Shown here piece after piece: positions 39,101-51,326 of a DNA stretch of 64,000 nt; position 1 is the first letter of the stretch, and each line of letters begins with the position of its first letter. Source of the DNA: Podarcis vaucheri (taxonomy: Eukaryota); NCBI GenBank assembly GCA_965113315.1, contig OZ220368.1; one strand, written 5' to 3'. The translations under genes and the position numbers were made by a program. The notes beneath the pieces are model-generated. The model saw only the letters and a program-made list of their open reading frames with translations. It made no database searches and was not told the DNA's origin.

Positions 39101-42100
39101 TTCGTACTGCCAAACAGCCTATCAGCAGATTTCAGCTTTTTAAAGAGGGCTACATGCCCTCAGCTGCAACTGTTGTATCGGGAAGGGGTAGCTAAGTGAA
39201 AACCTGTTTACACATGCGTGTAGTAGCTAGTTGAACTGCGGAAAGTGTGCACATTATTGTAGGAAATAGTTCCGTCATGATGAGTCTACAGATAAGATGA
39301 AAGTGCCTGTCATGCTATTCTCTTCATGCCAGTGCAGGTTGTTGCTGCAATTGTGCTTTTGCTCTGACTTCCACCACAAAGCAGAGTAAACCAAATAGGT
39401 CTAATTCTCATAAATATGCAACATGTATTCCTTGGCAGGATGGGTACAGATGTCATAAGCCCAATGAAAGTGAAAGAAAACTACTGTGGATATAAAAGCT
39501 TACACATGAATTTAGTGGTGGAGGTGCTAACCCCCTTTTATGTCTCCATAATTTAGGGAAGGAGTCAAATTAGCATATCAATATAGCAAAGCCCTGGATG
39601 TCTGGTTGAACCAGACTGTAACAGCAGTCTTCATGTTGTCTAAAAAACTTGGAGAAATTAATGCAGTGAAATCCAGCACTGGATCTTCAGCTGAAGAGTA
39701 GTATACAAATTTAATAAATAATAATGGTGATGATAATAGGTCACAAAATACTATGGCTGAATGATTTTATGAACAGTCACGAAACCAGAAGTAGAGTTAC
39801 AGAGGTTCATACTTTACTTGTGGAAATTTGCAAAGTCTCCATTTATTCCAGCATTGTTAAGATTTAAAGCTTCATACCATTACATATATTTATGTGCAGT
39901 ATGAATTGAATGGGATTAGCCACCACTCATAAAGAAAGCCAAATGGGAAATTACCAGTACCTGTAAATAATAAGATTTTGCATTTTATATTCTTGGTTTT
40001 ATAGACTGTTTTTTTAAAATGCAAATAATCCATTAAAATGATAGATACAAAGAAAGAAAACGGGAGAGATAATTTCTTACCGGACTTTTCCTCTATAGAA
40101 TGCATTAACAAATGGAGAAAAGGGAGAGAAAATAAGCATTTTCTAAAAACATAAGCATTTATGCATAGAATATCACTCTCTATGAAATGGCATATCCCAG
40201 TCTCCTGTCCAAGCAGGTCTGCTCAGTAGTAAAATGGGAAGTATGCTTAGGATTGCATTATAAGCAAACTAACAAATTCTGAAATGCCTAAAAGGTTATC
40301 ATATACAAAATAGAGTAAATACTCATATAGAAGTGTAAATCAGTAATGTAAGTGCAGTCTGATCCCAGCTTATGCATACTCACTCAGAAATATGTTCCAC
40401 TGAGATAAATGACATTTACCCCCCAAATAAGAGTGCATACAATTGCAGTCTTACATTGTAAATACCCAGTTACACATTGCTGGTACACCAAATAAAGAGA
40501 AACTATATTTTCATACCCCACAATCAATTTTCCATTAAAATATGTATACGGCAGTAAACTGAGTATCCTGATGGACTTTAAAAGCTGTACCCTTCCAAAA
40601 AGTGTGGACTTGTTTTTATTTTCTCCACAATAGGCATTTGCAACAATTTTGGCTTCTTACTTTCGTGAAAAGCTATTTGACTTGAAAACAAACTTTCAAT
40701 GTTATATTACTGTTATGATGGTGATGTTACAGGTGCTTTGTATACAGCCAAATACTGCTACATTCTTCTGGCAGTTATTTGAGACATCATTCTGGCAGTT
40801 ATCTTGAGAACAGAAGTAGTCAGGAAAATGCCAATCATTATCCTGGCTTCCATTATCAGATTTACTTTGCTAATAAGGATAATAAAATAAACCATTTCCA
40901 GAAAATAGGGATGATAGATGTGATCCACTAAGTAACTGAAGATACACGCATTCTCTTCTGCCTAAGCAGGCTAGTACTATCACCCCCACCCTATTTAAAT
41001 GATAGAAAACTTGTGGGTTATACATTTAGAATAATGAGCTTCCTTTTGTAATCCAATAAGAGACCTATTACAACTCAACAGAAGGCTCTGAGTAGTTCCT
41101 CCATCAAACACTACAGAAGAAACCTCTCACTAAGCCTCAGTTTCAATCAAAAACTTTTTGTTTGCCATCTACTTAAGGAATGGAATAAAGCAAGATTCAC
41201 AAGACAGGTTCTTGTTGTGAAAAAACAAGTTCTTACTGTGGACTGCTGTTCTCAGAGGATGCTGAAGGTTATTTGGGAGGCTGGGCACCTCCTCTGCAGC
41301 TAGCAAACAGAGCAAAATTATGGCCTTTCCATACTCCCCAGAACAAGACTGGAAGTTATTTGGGAGCTGAATAAACAAAGAAATATTCCTCAAAAACCTC
41401 CTTTACCTGGACCATCCTGACTTGGGAAAAGGTCACATAAGAAAAGCCTCCTCGTCTGGGAGTTCCCCAGTTTAGGAGCTGACATAATAAATGAACAGGC
41501 ACATACAACAGCCCCACTGCTTTCTTGGGGAGGAAATGCAGCTTGTTTGCCAGCCTAAGCTTGCCCTTAGTTGGGTTTACCCACTCTGTCTTCAAAGCCT
41601 CAGGCAGGTGCAATGCCTAAGGAGGACCCCATGGGCGTGGCTAAGGGGGACAGCTGCCCCTCTAGATCAAGTAAATCAATAAAAATACTTACCTGAGGCT
41701 CTGCACACACACCCCTGCTAACATAAATCCTGACTAGGCCCATGGAGGACCCTGTGGGAAGGCGATTCTTGCTCCCTTCTGGGTGGCTTCTTTGGCATTC
41801 ACCAAAAGCACCAGGAAAACTTCCAAAGGAAACAGCAGGGTAGGCTGCTTTCTGTCTTACTCCAAAAGTCTTCCCCCCTCTGCCACTTCCTGTATTTGGG
41901 GATTCAGACCCGGCCTCATGTAGCTGTGTGGCCTGGCTAGGAATGAAACCCAGGGTCAATGGGAACATGCTGGCTTAGCTTTGCGCAGTGGCAGTATCGT
42001 AGCCAATGAGGGGAATGTGTTGGCTTGCTTCTTTTGGGGGTTGTCATCCCTCCCCCACCAAAGAGAGGAGGTGCCTCTTTCGAACCCATGGGCTGCAGGC

Positions 42101-45100
42101 TTGTGGGAAGTACAAGAAGCCCTGGAAGAGCTTCTAGAGGAGGAACCAGAGTGGTCCCTGAAGCTCCTATTTCCTCTTGTCCTAAGACTGACTGGCCCTG
42201 GAGCCTGCCCTTCCATCCCCTGCTATAGACCTCAGGAAGTATTCTCTTTGCTACCTCAATCCTCCAATGTGCTGCTCCATTAAGCATGCATGCTTGCTAT
42301 GGGCATGCAAGAAAGTTCTATGAGAAAGAGTTCTGTGATGGGTTCCACACGCAGCCACATACCTTATGGGTCAGGGATGCAGAAGCAGTGCCCCATGGTA
42401 GATCATGTGGAGCACCCAGCCTCCTTCTGCCCATCATCCATCAGCATCAAGAGATTCTGGTACACACCTACCCAACTCAGATTGCTGCCCTCACCCTTGG
42501 AGCCACAACCCAACTGCCAAGCCTAGGATGTGTTAGTAGGAAGGGGGAGGGGATACCTGGAGGCAGCAACCAAAGGAATAAAGGGATTTCTACCACCTCC
42601 CACCCCAAAGGAAGCAGGAACCATTTCGGCTCTTAGGAGCTCCAACCAAGCACCACCTGGAGGCTTGGCAGGTAAAGCCAGTCTGTTAAGTGCACGGAAG
42701 TCCCTCCTATATAAGGAAATAAATGCTGCTTTCCAGCTCTACAGCAGGTGCCTCCCTGAAGGTACTTAACACCTTATGGGATCCTCTAAAGAATATGCAA
42801 TTTGTATTCCAAAAGAGGTTTGGTTTATTTCTGATAACAACTTCTCATTTGTCTCTTATCTGGACTCCTGGTTGTCCTCCTTATTCTATTTATTTTGAGA
42901 CACTGCAATATCCAGCAAATGCTACTCACTCCCAAGTGCCTCAATCCTGTTTTATGCTTCGGTGTTTGAGCAGATGGCCATTGGCTAAAGCAGGTTACAG
43001 GGCAGAGCAAAGCACTGCTAAGTCTATTAGCTTAATTGACATGGAGGAAGAAGTAACTATATATCAAAAAAAGAAAAGAAAAAAGAAACACACTAAAAAA
43101 AGAAGAGAAAAAGAAAAGCCCTATCGGTGAAGGTGAACCCTCCCTGCTGCTTGTCTTGTGCCTCACTACTCCATCCACTTTTCTTCTTTCCTGGCTCCAA
43201 TGCTAGAAGTGACTCAGGAGCAGACAAAGTGCCAAGAGAAATTAACTGCGGAGATGTAAGTTACAGGGAAAGACCATCCCATCCCTAGCTTTACTTTCCA
43301 TTACCTAGCACCTATGTTCTTTTCATGTGCCATGAAAAGAACATAGGTGCTACCGCCACATATAATTGAATAGTGCAATTTATCTGGGAGTGGGAGATGC
43401 CAACACTGTGCTGGGAGTCTCCACCTCTAACATGTTTCAACATCTGAAGTAAGTTTATGTGCTTACTGATGTCTCTACACAATCCGAAACCCGGCCTTTG
43501 AAGGATTCCCGGTTATATAAAGAGGTCCGTACACATGCACAAATGCCATGTGCACCAGGCTCACTTTAGTACCTCTAAATGAACATGTGAAAGCTGGGGT
43601 AGAGTCTGCCATGATGATGCCCCCACCATGCTTGTTCTGCCTTGTTAGAATACCTCTGAGGATCTAGGCTAAGGAGAATCAGGTGGAATGAATGTAAGGT
43701 CAGGCTAACTTGGCTTCGCTGAATAAAAATGTCAAACAGAAGGTATTCTAGGCCTAGAGAACAGGATGACAGGACAGATTGGAAGAAAGGAAACCAAAAG
43801 AGGGTGCAAGAGGGACAGTGAAACCCTACACAAAAGGGCAACAGCAGGTCCTGCAGGCCTGGAAAATGTATGCCAGAGCTCCTTGGAGCCCTATAGACAC
43901 GATAATAAATAAATGTAATTTTTGAAAGAATTGCTAATCATATCTGGAGTTTCCACCCTGCTTGACTTTTGTTAGTGTTTTGAAATTTAAAGAAAAAACC
44001 CCTTGACAATAAAAGTTATAAATGAAGCCACCTTCATCCTTATCAGGTACAATAATTGAGTAACTAAAGTAACTGCCCCACATCATCGTCTTTGCTCCTA
44101 CCTCATCTCTTCTTAGCTAATGGAAATCCTCAAGCACACAGTCCTCCGCCTCTTATAAAAGCTTAAAGGAGCAGAGTAGTCAGCCATGTCCTCTATATAC
44201 CACCCTAGGTGCCTTATGGATGAAATATAAAGACTTTATGAGGATGCTGGCATTTACCGTTTAGCCAATAATAGGATGTGGAAAACAAATATACAATGCT
44301 TTCACACACTAGATGGAATCCAACTATAGTGAAAAAAGTGTTGTGTTAGAAAACAAGGCATCACTTCTATTGATGAAACAGAGTACAGTCTTTTGAATTA
44401 AACACCCCAAATATCTTACTTAATTTACTGCTTTCAAATATAACAGCATGAAGTGCTGCTGTCTTAGAAAAGAATGTAAAGCAGTGCAATTTGCTTGGTA
44501 TATATTCTGTCCTTATTAAAAGAGTGTAGTTATAGAGCAATTTAGTTCAGTTATTCTTAATTAGCATCCTGCTCTCCCTAAAGAGCATTACTGCTTTACA
44601 TGCCAAGCTTCCTTAAGACGTACAACATCAGTAGATCAGGAAGCTGCATTTTCTGCAGTGGAACAAAGCCATCATTCTGATTTACTGTTCCCACATCTTC
44701 CACAGCCCAGGAAATGAGTGTCACAAATCAACTCTTGAACCTGGCTTCCATATACAACAATATAATGCACTATTGTCTTGCCTCCAAGCCCAGCTGCAAC
44801 AGCCTGGTGACTGCATAATGACTGCAAAGCTCACTTGCTAGAATAAAGACCAACCGCCACAGCACATAAGCAAAAAACAGAATGCAATAGCAAATTTAAA
44901 AACAACATAAATGTGATCCCAGCAGTATTGTTAAAACACGTTATGTAGTTTAATTTAGTACAACTTCAGGGTTTTTTTTGCTTTGGTTTACAGGGTAGAG
45001 ACCAACAAATAAATAAACAAAAGTTGACATTGACACCTACTTCCTATTATGTAGCTAGTTCCATATTATTAAAACTTAAGTATCAGATGAAAATGCAATT

Positions 45101-48100
45101 GCTAAAAGTCAATCAACATTGGAAAACTTTATTTGATTGCAAATTAAAAACAGCTAATGATAATTCATTTTGTTCTATTGTAAACTGAAAAGCTTTTAAG
45201 CAATTATGTACCCACAGAACACTATTACTTAGAACAGCAATTAATTATAGTTATAAGTTAGTATTAGCTGTGACTAGGGATCAGTTAGGGGCGTTCTACA
45301 GTTTTTCTGTTGCCAGGATATATTCTGTCATGGCTTTCTCCCAAGAATGTCAGGATTAGTACTTCTGTGAGGGTACTGAAAAGTCCTGAAGCACTGTTCG
45401 CCTCACATAACTATAAAACCCTGGGTTCCTTGCAAGGGGGAAAATGAGATATCTGCAATGTAGGTATGAATTAGTAGCATGTAAGTAAGTCTTACATTTA
45501 CATTTTGTTTGTGTGCCCCTCTGTCAGCAGTCTACCCTTGATTTTTAGAACAGTGGTAGACTGGATAGAAAACAAAACCAAGGATTTAGAAGTGATCCAA
45601 GGGTATTATCTCTAGCATTTCTTGTCACTAAAGCAGCATCCCATTTTCCAAAAACAAGTTGATCTTTGCAGCACTCTCAACCTAAGTGGGTTTTCCCTAG
45701 CAAGCTACAAAATTCAGCCTTCCGCAGGTGCTGTGTGTTCAGCAGCGCCTCCAGTGACAAGGTTATACAAAAGCTTTCAGAGAAAGTATTGCAATGTATT
45801 TATCAGTTTGTGTATGTGATAAGTCTGTTTTACTCAACAATGCCAGGCCCCTGGCCCTAAATGCAAAATCATTTATCAAAATAAGAAAACCTGTTTTAGC
45901 AGGAAAAGATAATCCATCCTCTTCCCCTCCCCACCAAACATGCTCTCTAAATTGAACAAAATTATATAGATTTGATTCAGCTGTCATATATGCTTGTCCT
46001 CACTTTAGATTAAAATTTCCAGATGATAGAAGCAAAGGTAGCTAATCTGACATCCTCTAGATGTTGTTAGAATAGAGCTCCCATCATTCCTGACCATTGG
46101 CTATGGGGCAGATGGGAATCGTAGTCCAATAACACATTGGCTACTTTGGATTTAGAGTAAAATTTTAGAGAAAGCGTATGGTTTCATGTACAAGCACACA
46201 AAACAGTGACTTCTGAGATTTTACTTTCACATTTTTTTATTCCACAGCCCTCAAAACTCACAAGCAATACTACTGGACTATGGCCCCACACATAACACAA
46301 TTTTTAAAAGGCATTGTTGCCTAACCTCCTTAACAAGGGAGCCTACAACTCCCACCCCCCCAAATCTGAACAGTTTAGGGGGGTGAGTAAGATTTTTTTG
46401 CAAAGCTTCAAGGCAAAGACAAGTCAGATAAGACTTTGAAGAGATAAAGCCCACACTGAATATATAAACAGCTGCTTGCCCTGAAAGGGTTCAGTCGCCA
46501 TCCCTGCTCCTTTGCTTTCCTATGAGTTCTGGAATCTCCAGTGGGAAATGGATACTGTACAAGTAATTTCCACAAGGGAGAAGGTCCTCCAAAGCCTTTA
46601 TCTCCAGGCTCTCTCTCATGGCTGGCAGTCTCTTTTTTATTTCACTTCAATAAATTATTTAAAACACATTTTTTCTTACTTGCTGTCATTGGATACACAA
46701 GGACTAGTAGCTTACCATAGCTCTGTTCTCTTTATCACAAACACTTTCGTTGTGTTCACACTTCATATCTCCACTTATACATTTAAAACATTTTACAGTG
46801 TAATCCTATGCATGCTTAATGAGGTCTCCCTGTGTTCCGTGGGGCTTTCTCCCCGGAAAGTGTTACAGGAGTGCAAGTCCTGCTTGCGTGCAAAATTTTC
46901 AGATGGAAATAGCATGTGGGGAAAGTGCTTAAAAAGTACCTCTCCCTCTGTGCCAGTCTTTCCTTTCAAATTGCAGCCTTGTATTCTGTTGGGGGTGGGG
47001 GAATCCTCCAGATCGTATCACAGAACTACTTGCCATGTCTTCTCCTTCTCCAAGGGGCAAAACAATACCATCTTCATTCATTCTCTGCTGCCCCTTATGA
47101 CATAACAATCCAGACTATTTCCAATAAATTAGATTCTGACTTTACATGGAATCTTACGTTGCCAGATTACAGCTTTACACCTTTAAGCATACATAATGGC
47201 TGGCTTTCAAGTCTCAGAGGGTGGCTCAGCATAAAGCATAGGAGGGTGTCTACTTCCCCTAAAAAAAGATCAAGGACCTCTCCTGAACTCACAGAATCAA
47301 TATATGGCTATCTGGCTTGTGGGCGTGTACCTACAAAAATGTGACCCTAATTTTAACAAGTAAAGTCATCTATAATTAGTAATGTCTTATTTTTTGTTAA
47401 AGTGCTGCAAATGTTTTTTCTTTTGGCATGGATCAAAATAGCCGTGCCATTCACTGATATGAGAAACATTAGGCTTACTGAAATGTACTTGGCATGCGCA
47501 GAAAGTTGCTAGTGCAGTTCAGCAATATACTTAAAAAAGCAACCTGTCAACATGCAGAACACATTTTTCAACACGTCCCGAACCAAAAATAGTTTCTGAA
47601 AAGCCTTGCCATTGTGTGATAAAACCAAGTTTTGTTATAATAAAAATGCTAATACAAGGAACAAATATAACAAGAAAGCTAAGCAAAATTAATTTTTGAA
47701 AATCTAATCAATCACCATATTAAAAAAAGAGTTTTGCTTACCACTAGAGATGGCGAAAGTGCAATGTTGCCTATAGAGGCTTTCAGTTCATCAACGGTTG
47801 CCGCACTCTTAAGAACATCTTTAGACTGCAAGGGCTTAATCTTAATGTTGAATTTCTTGTGTGCCTCCTCTTCTTCTTCAGATTCACTTGAGGAATAAAA
47901 GTGCTTTCCTTTGGTAGGTAGATCACAGTTAAAGAGAAATGTTGTTGAATCACAAAATATAACTTTTGGAACTGATTGGCAAGGGCCAACAATGATAAAA
48001 ACAGATTTACAAATTCCAGAGAGTAACAGCAACCAGCAGCAGCACCGTAAGATATGAGATGGTTAATATTGCGGAAGGCAAACTATATTGCTCCTGGGCC

Positions 48101-51100
48101 CAAGCCATTTAGGATTTTGTACACTAGTATTAACATCTTAAATCGGGCCTAGCAGCTCACTGCCAAGCAGTGCAGCATTTTCAGAACCAGAACCCTACCA
48201 GTTGCTGCAACTTCCAACTGTCTCCAAGTGCAGCCCTGCACACAGCAGGTTGCAGTAGTCCAAATGGGAGATCAGTACAGCATGCTTAGCCCAAGCTGTT
48301 CTTGTCCAGGAATAACCACAGCTTGTGGACCAGCCTAAGCTGGCCATTAGCACTTCTAGAGGCCATAGGGGCCACTGGAGACTAACACAGGCAACTTCCA
48401 ACCTGCACACATTTAACTTGTGCGCATTCAGCTTTACACGTTTGGCTAAAATAAAATAAAAGGGGTGGAAAGGAAGCGGGGTTCCAGGAAAAATGATTTT
48501 GGCAATCCCATCCGCCACAGAACCCAATGTGTTTTGACTATATGCAATTTTGGCTTTACACTTGATCACCAGAACATAACCCTTGCGTAAGTTGAGAGTA
48601 GCCTATAATAGATTCTGGATCAGCAAGTACTCCCAGACTACGATCCTGTACCTTCAGAGTAAGCAGAACCCTTTCAGAACAGGTCATCCACCTAATTCCT
48701 GGACACAAGATCGGTCCATCCACAATACCTCCATCAGGATCAATTTCAGTTTCTTGGTCCCCACCCAGACCATCACTGCCTGGCATGAGTGTTGGCTCCT
48801 TTTTTCTTTTTATAATGATTTCTTAAAATTAAATTTTACTTATGGCCACTATCTTTTCATTCATAAAGCCTCTTGAACATTTTAGGCTCCTTTGGGAGGA
48901 GGGGCGGGATATACATTTGATAAATATATAAAATAAAATAAACTTGAGATACTGATGTTTCAGGGGCATCCAGCTGTAGGGAGGATGGCAGCAGGTGGCC
49001 ACACTTGAACCCACACTTGTTTCAGAGTTTGCAAACTCAGTTGTAAAACTGACCATGAAGGATATAGCCTGGTTCGTCTGGTCTGATGCTGTATCCTTCT
49101 TCATCAAGCTCAGGTGAATTCTGGTGCAGCAAACATAGTGAAGCAATTAGAGTACTTGCAAAACATTAAGTAATCACTCTTTCCCCTCTCTCACACCAAT
49201 TGCATATTAATAAGAAGCACTTGTCCAATAAACTATTGGTATATGCAATGCTCTCTACGCTTAACTAAGAATGAAGAGTCTACCCAGGAACCTGTTTTCT
49301 CAGCCAGGCAGTCAAACAGTTGTGCTAACTGCTCTGATCTCTGTGCAGTAGGGGGAACGTGGGGTGAAAATATTAAATAGATAAGGAATATGTCTAATAT
49401 AAGAAAATGGTGGCTTGGAAATATGGAAGACATCAAAGCATTATCTATGCAAACATTTGCATGAGACCTCTTGCTAAAGAAGGGCTCATTTCCAGTGCCT
49501 GATAGAATTTTCTTTTTGCACCTTTGCCTTCTGGTTGCTACTCTTTAAAAGTGATGTCCCTGTATCAGAGATCAAGTTGGCTCTCATTTATTAAATAAAA
49601 TCTAGCTTCCACCTTGGTTTACATGGCCATGATAACATTTACAACAGAACCAGCTGCTTCTTTTCTGATGGTTTACAAAATTCCCATGTTGCTTCCTTCT
49701 TCAAAAAGCTCCAAAGTGATTTACAACTAAAATTAAAATACAGTAATAAAATGCATAATCATATAAAAACATAATCAGAATACAAGCATCCTATCACTGG
49801 TGCTCCCAAGGAAAACATCATGGACCATGGTATGGAAAGTTGTCAAACGATCAAGGATAATCAATGGGGACACATTCCCCCATCTCTCTGCTGACACAAG
49901 GTATAATACAGGATGGCCTCATTGCCTAAACAGGCCTAAACACAGAATGAAGTAGATCTAGAAAATCAGCTTCATCCAAGAGTGTCTGGAGACTAGAGCT
50001 GGTTGGTGCCCACCGACTCAAGAACCGGGCTCAGCAAAGGGACATTTGCAACCAGTCAATAGTTATACATAACTTTTGGGTCTAATGAAAATTATGAATG
50101 AGTAGTCTTGCTGCTGGCTCTTTCGTGGGACTACTCCCTCTCTCAGAGAGGCATTAATTATCTTCTTGGGCTAGTTGGCCATCCCCTCCCTACTGGATGT
50201 TATCAGTCATAGCATGTACGGGGGCAAGAACACCTACACCCTTCCAAGCACATCATCCACATTCTCAAGCCTTATTGATACTCATCCATGAACATCTGAC
50301 AAAATAGTGTTCTGGATACTCTTAGAAACTGGCCTGCTATAATAGTGAAATCTAGGTCTCCATGGATACAAGCAATCATATCTTCAACATGCCTTACAAA
50401 TAATTCACAGCAGGGCATTGAGAGTTCCACCATATCCTTCAGGCCAATGTGTAAAAGCATCCTATAAAGCTCTGGTGGATGAGACACCAAGGATGATGGA
50501 GGCAGAGAAGTAATTTTTTACTGCCTTCACCAGCACAAAATAGGCTTTACAATGAGCACACACTTGCTTTCAACTGCATTCATTCCAATTCTTCCTCTAC
50601 TTGCATTATAATCATATTCTAACCTGCTTTATTGTTCTCAACTCCAGGGTATACCATGGTACTACTTGGGCTCAGGCAAAGCCCTTGGGGGTGAACATAG
50701 GGCAAATCCTAAATTGCAAAGATAGACCAGGACCTCAACCTCTCAGCAGAAAAAATACCCCAGAGTCTCCTGGAAGCCAATTGGCTCCATCAGTCCTCGA
50801 CGGCAGACCATTCTAATAGGCCCCCGTCTCTGCAGAAGAGAAAAGTAATTGACAATCTAAATCTCGACAGGAGGGGATCTGACCATGACAAGGGAATGCA
50901 GTTACAGTGAGACACAGCTGGTTGATAAAGCCAAAAAGGTAGTACCAGAAAGAGCAGTTTATTTGAACTATACTGTCTCTATATCAAATCTCATTTAGTG
51001 AAGCATTTTCCAAAAAACAATGTCTGGAAAGAATGCATGACACATGTGTTAAAAAAAATATTGTAGCATAGCACTCTATTTATAGATATTAATCATGCCA

Positions 51101-51193
51101 AATAATGCTTCAACCCAAACACCCAGTCTCCTCAAACTGGGCATAGTAACTGTACTAAAAATAATAGTAATATTTTGATTATTTTACTTATAA

Positions 51194-51248
<55 letters not shown>

Positions 51249-51284
51249 CTTGGTATACAAAGTGAAGAGAAAGAACTTCACACA

Positions 51285-51326
<42 letters not shown>

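Noticed and set aside
46512-47344. 197-aa and 142-aa overlapping plus-strand ORFs
   Set aside because: No recognisable domain, non-ATG starts and intron-like composition; likely chance.
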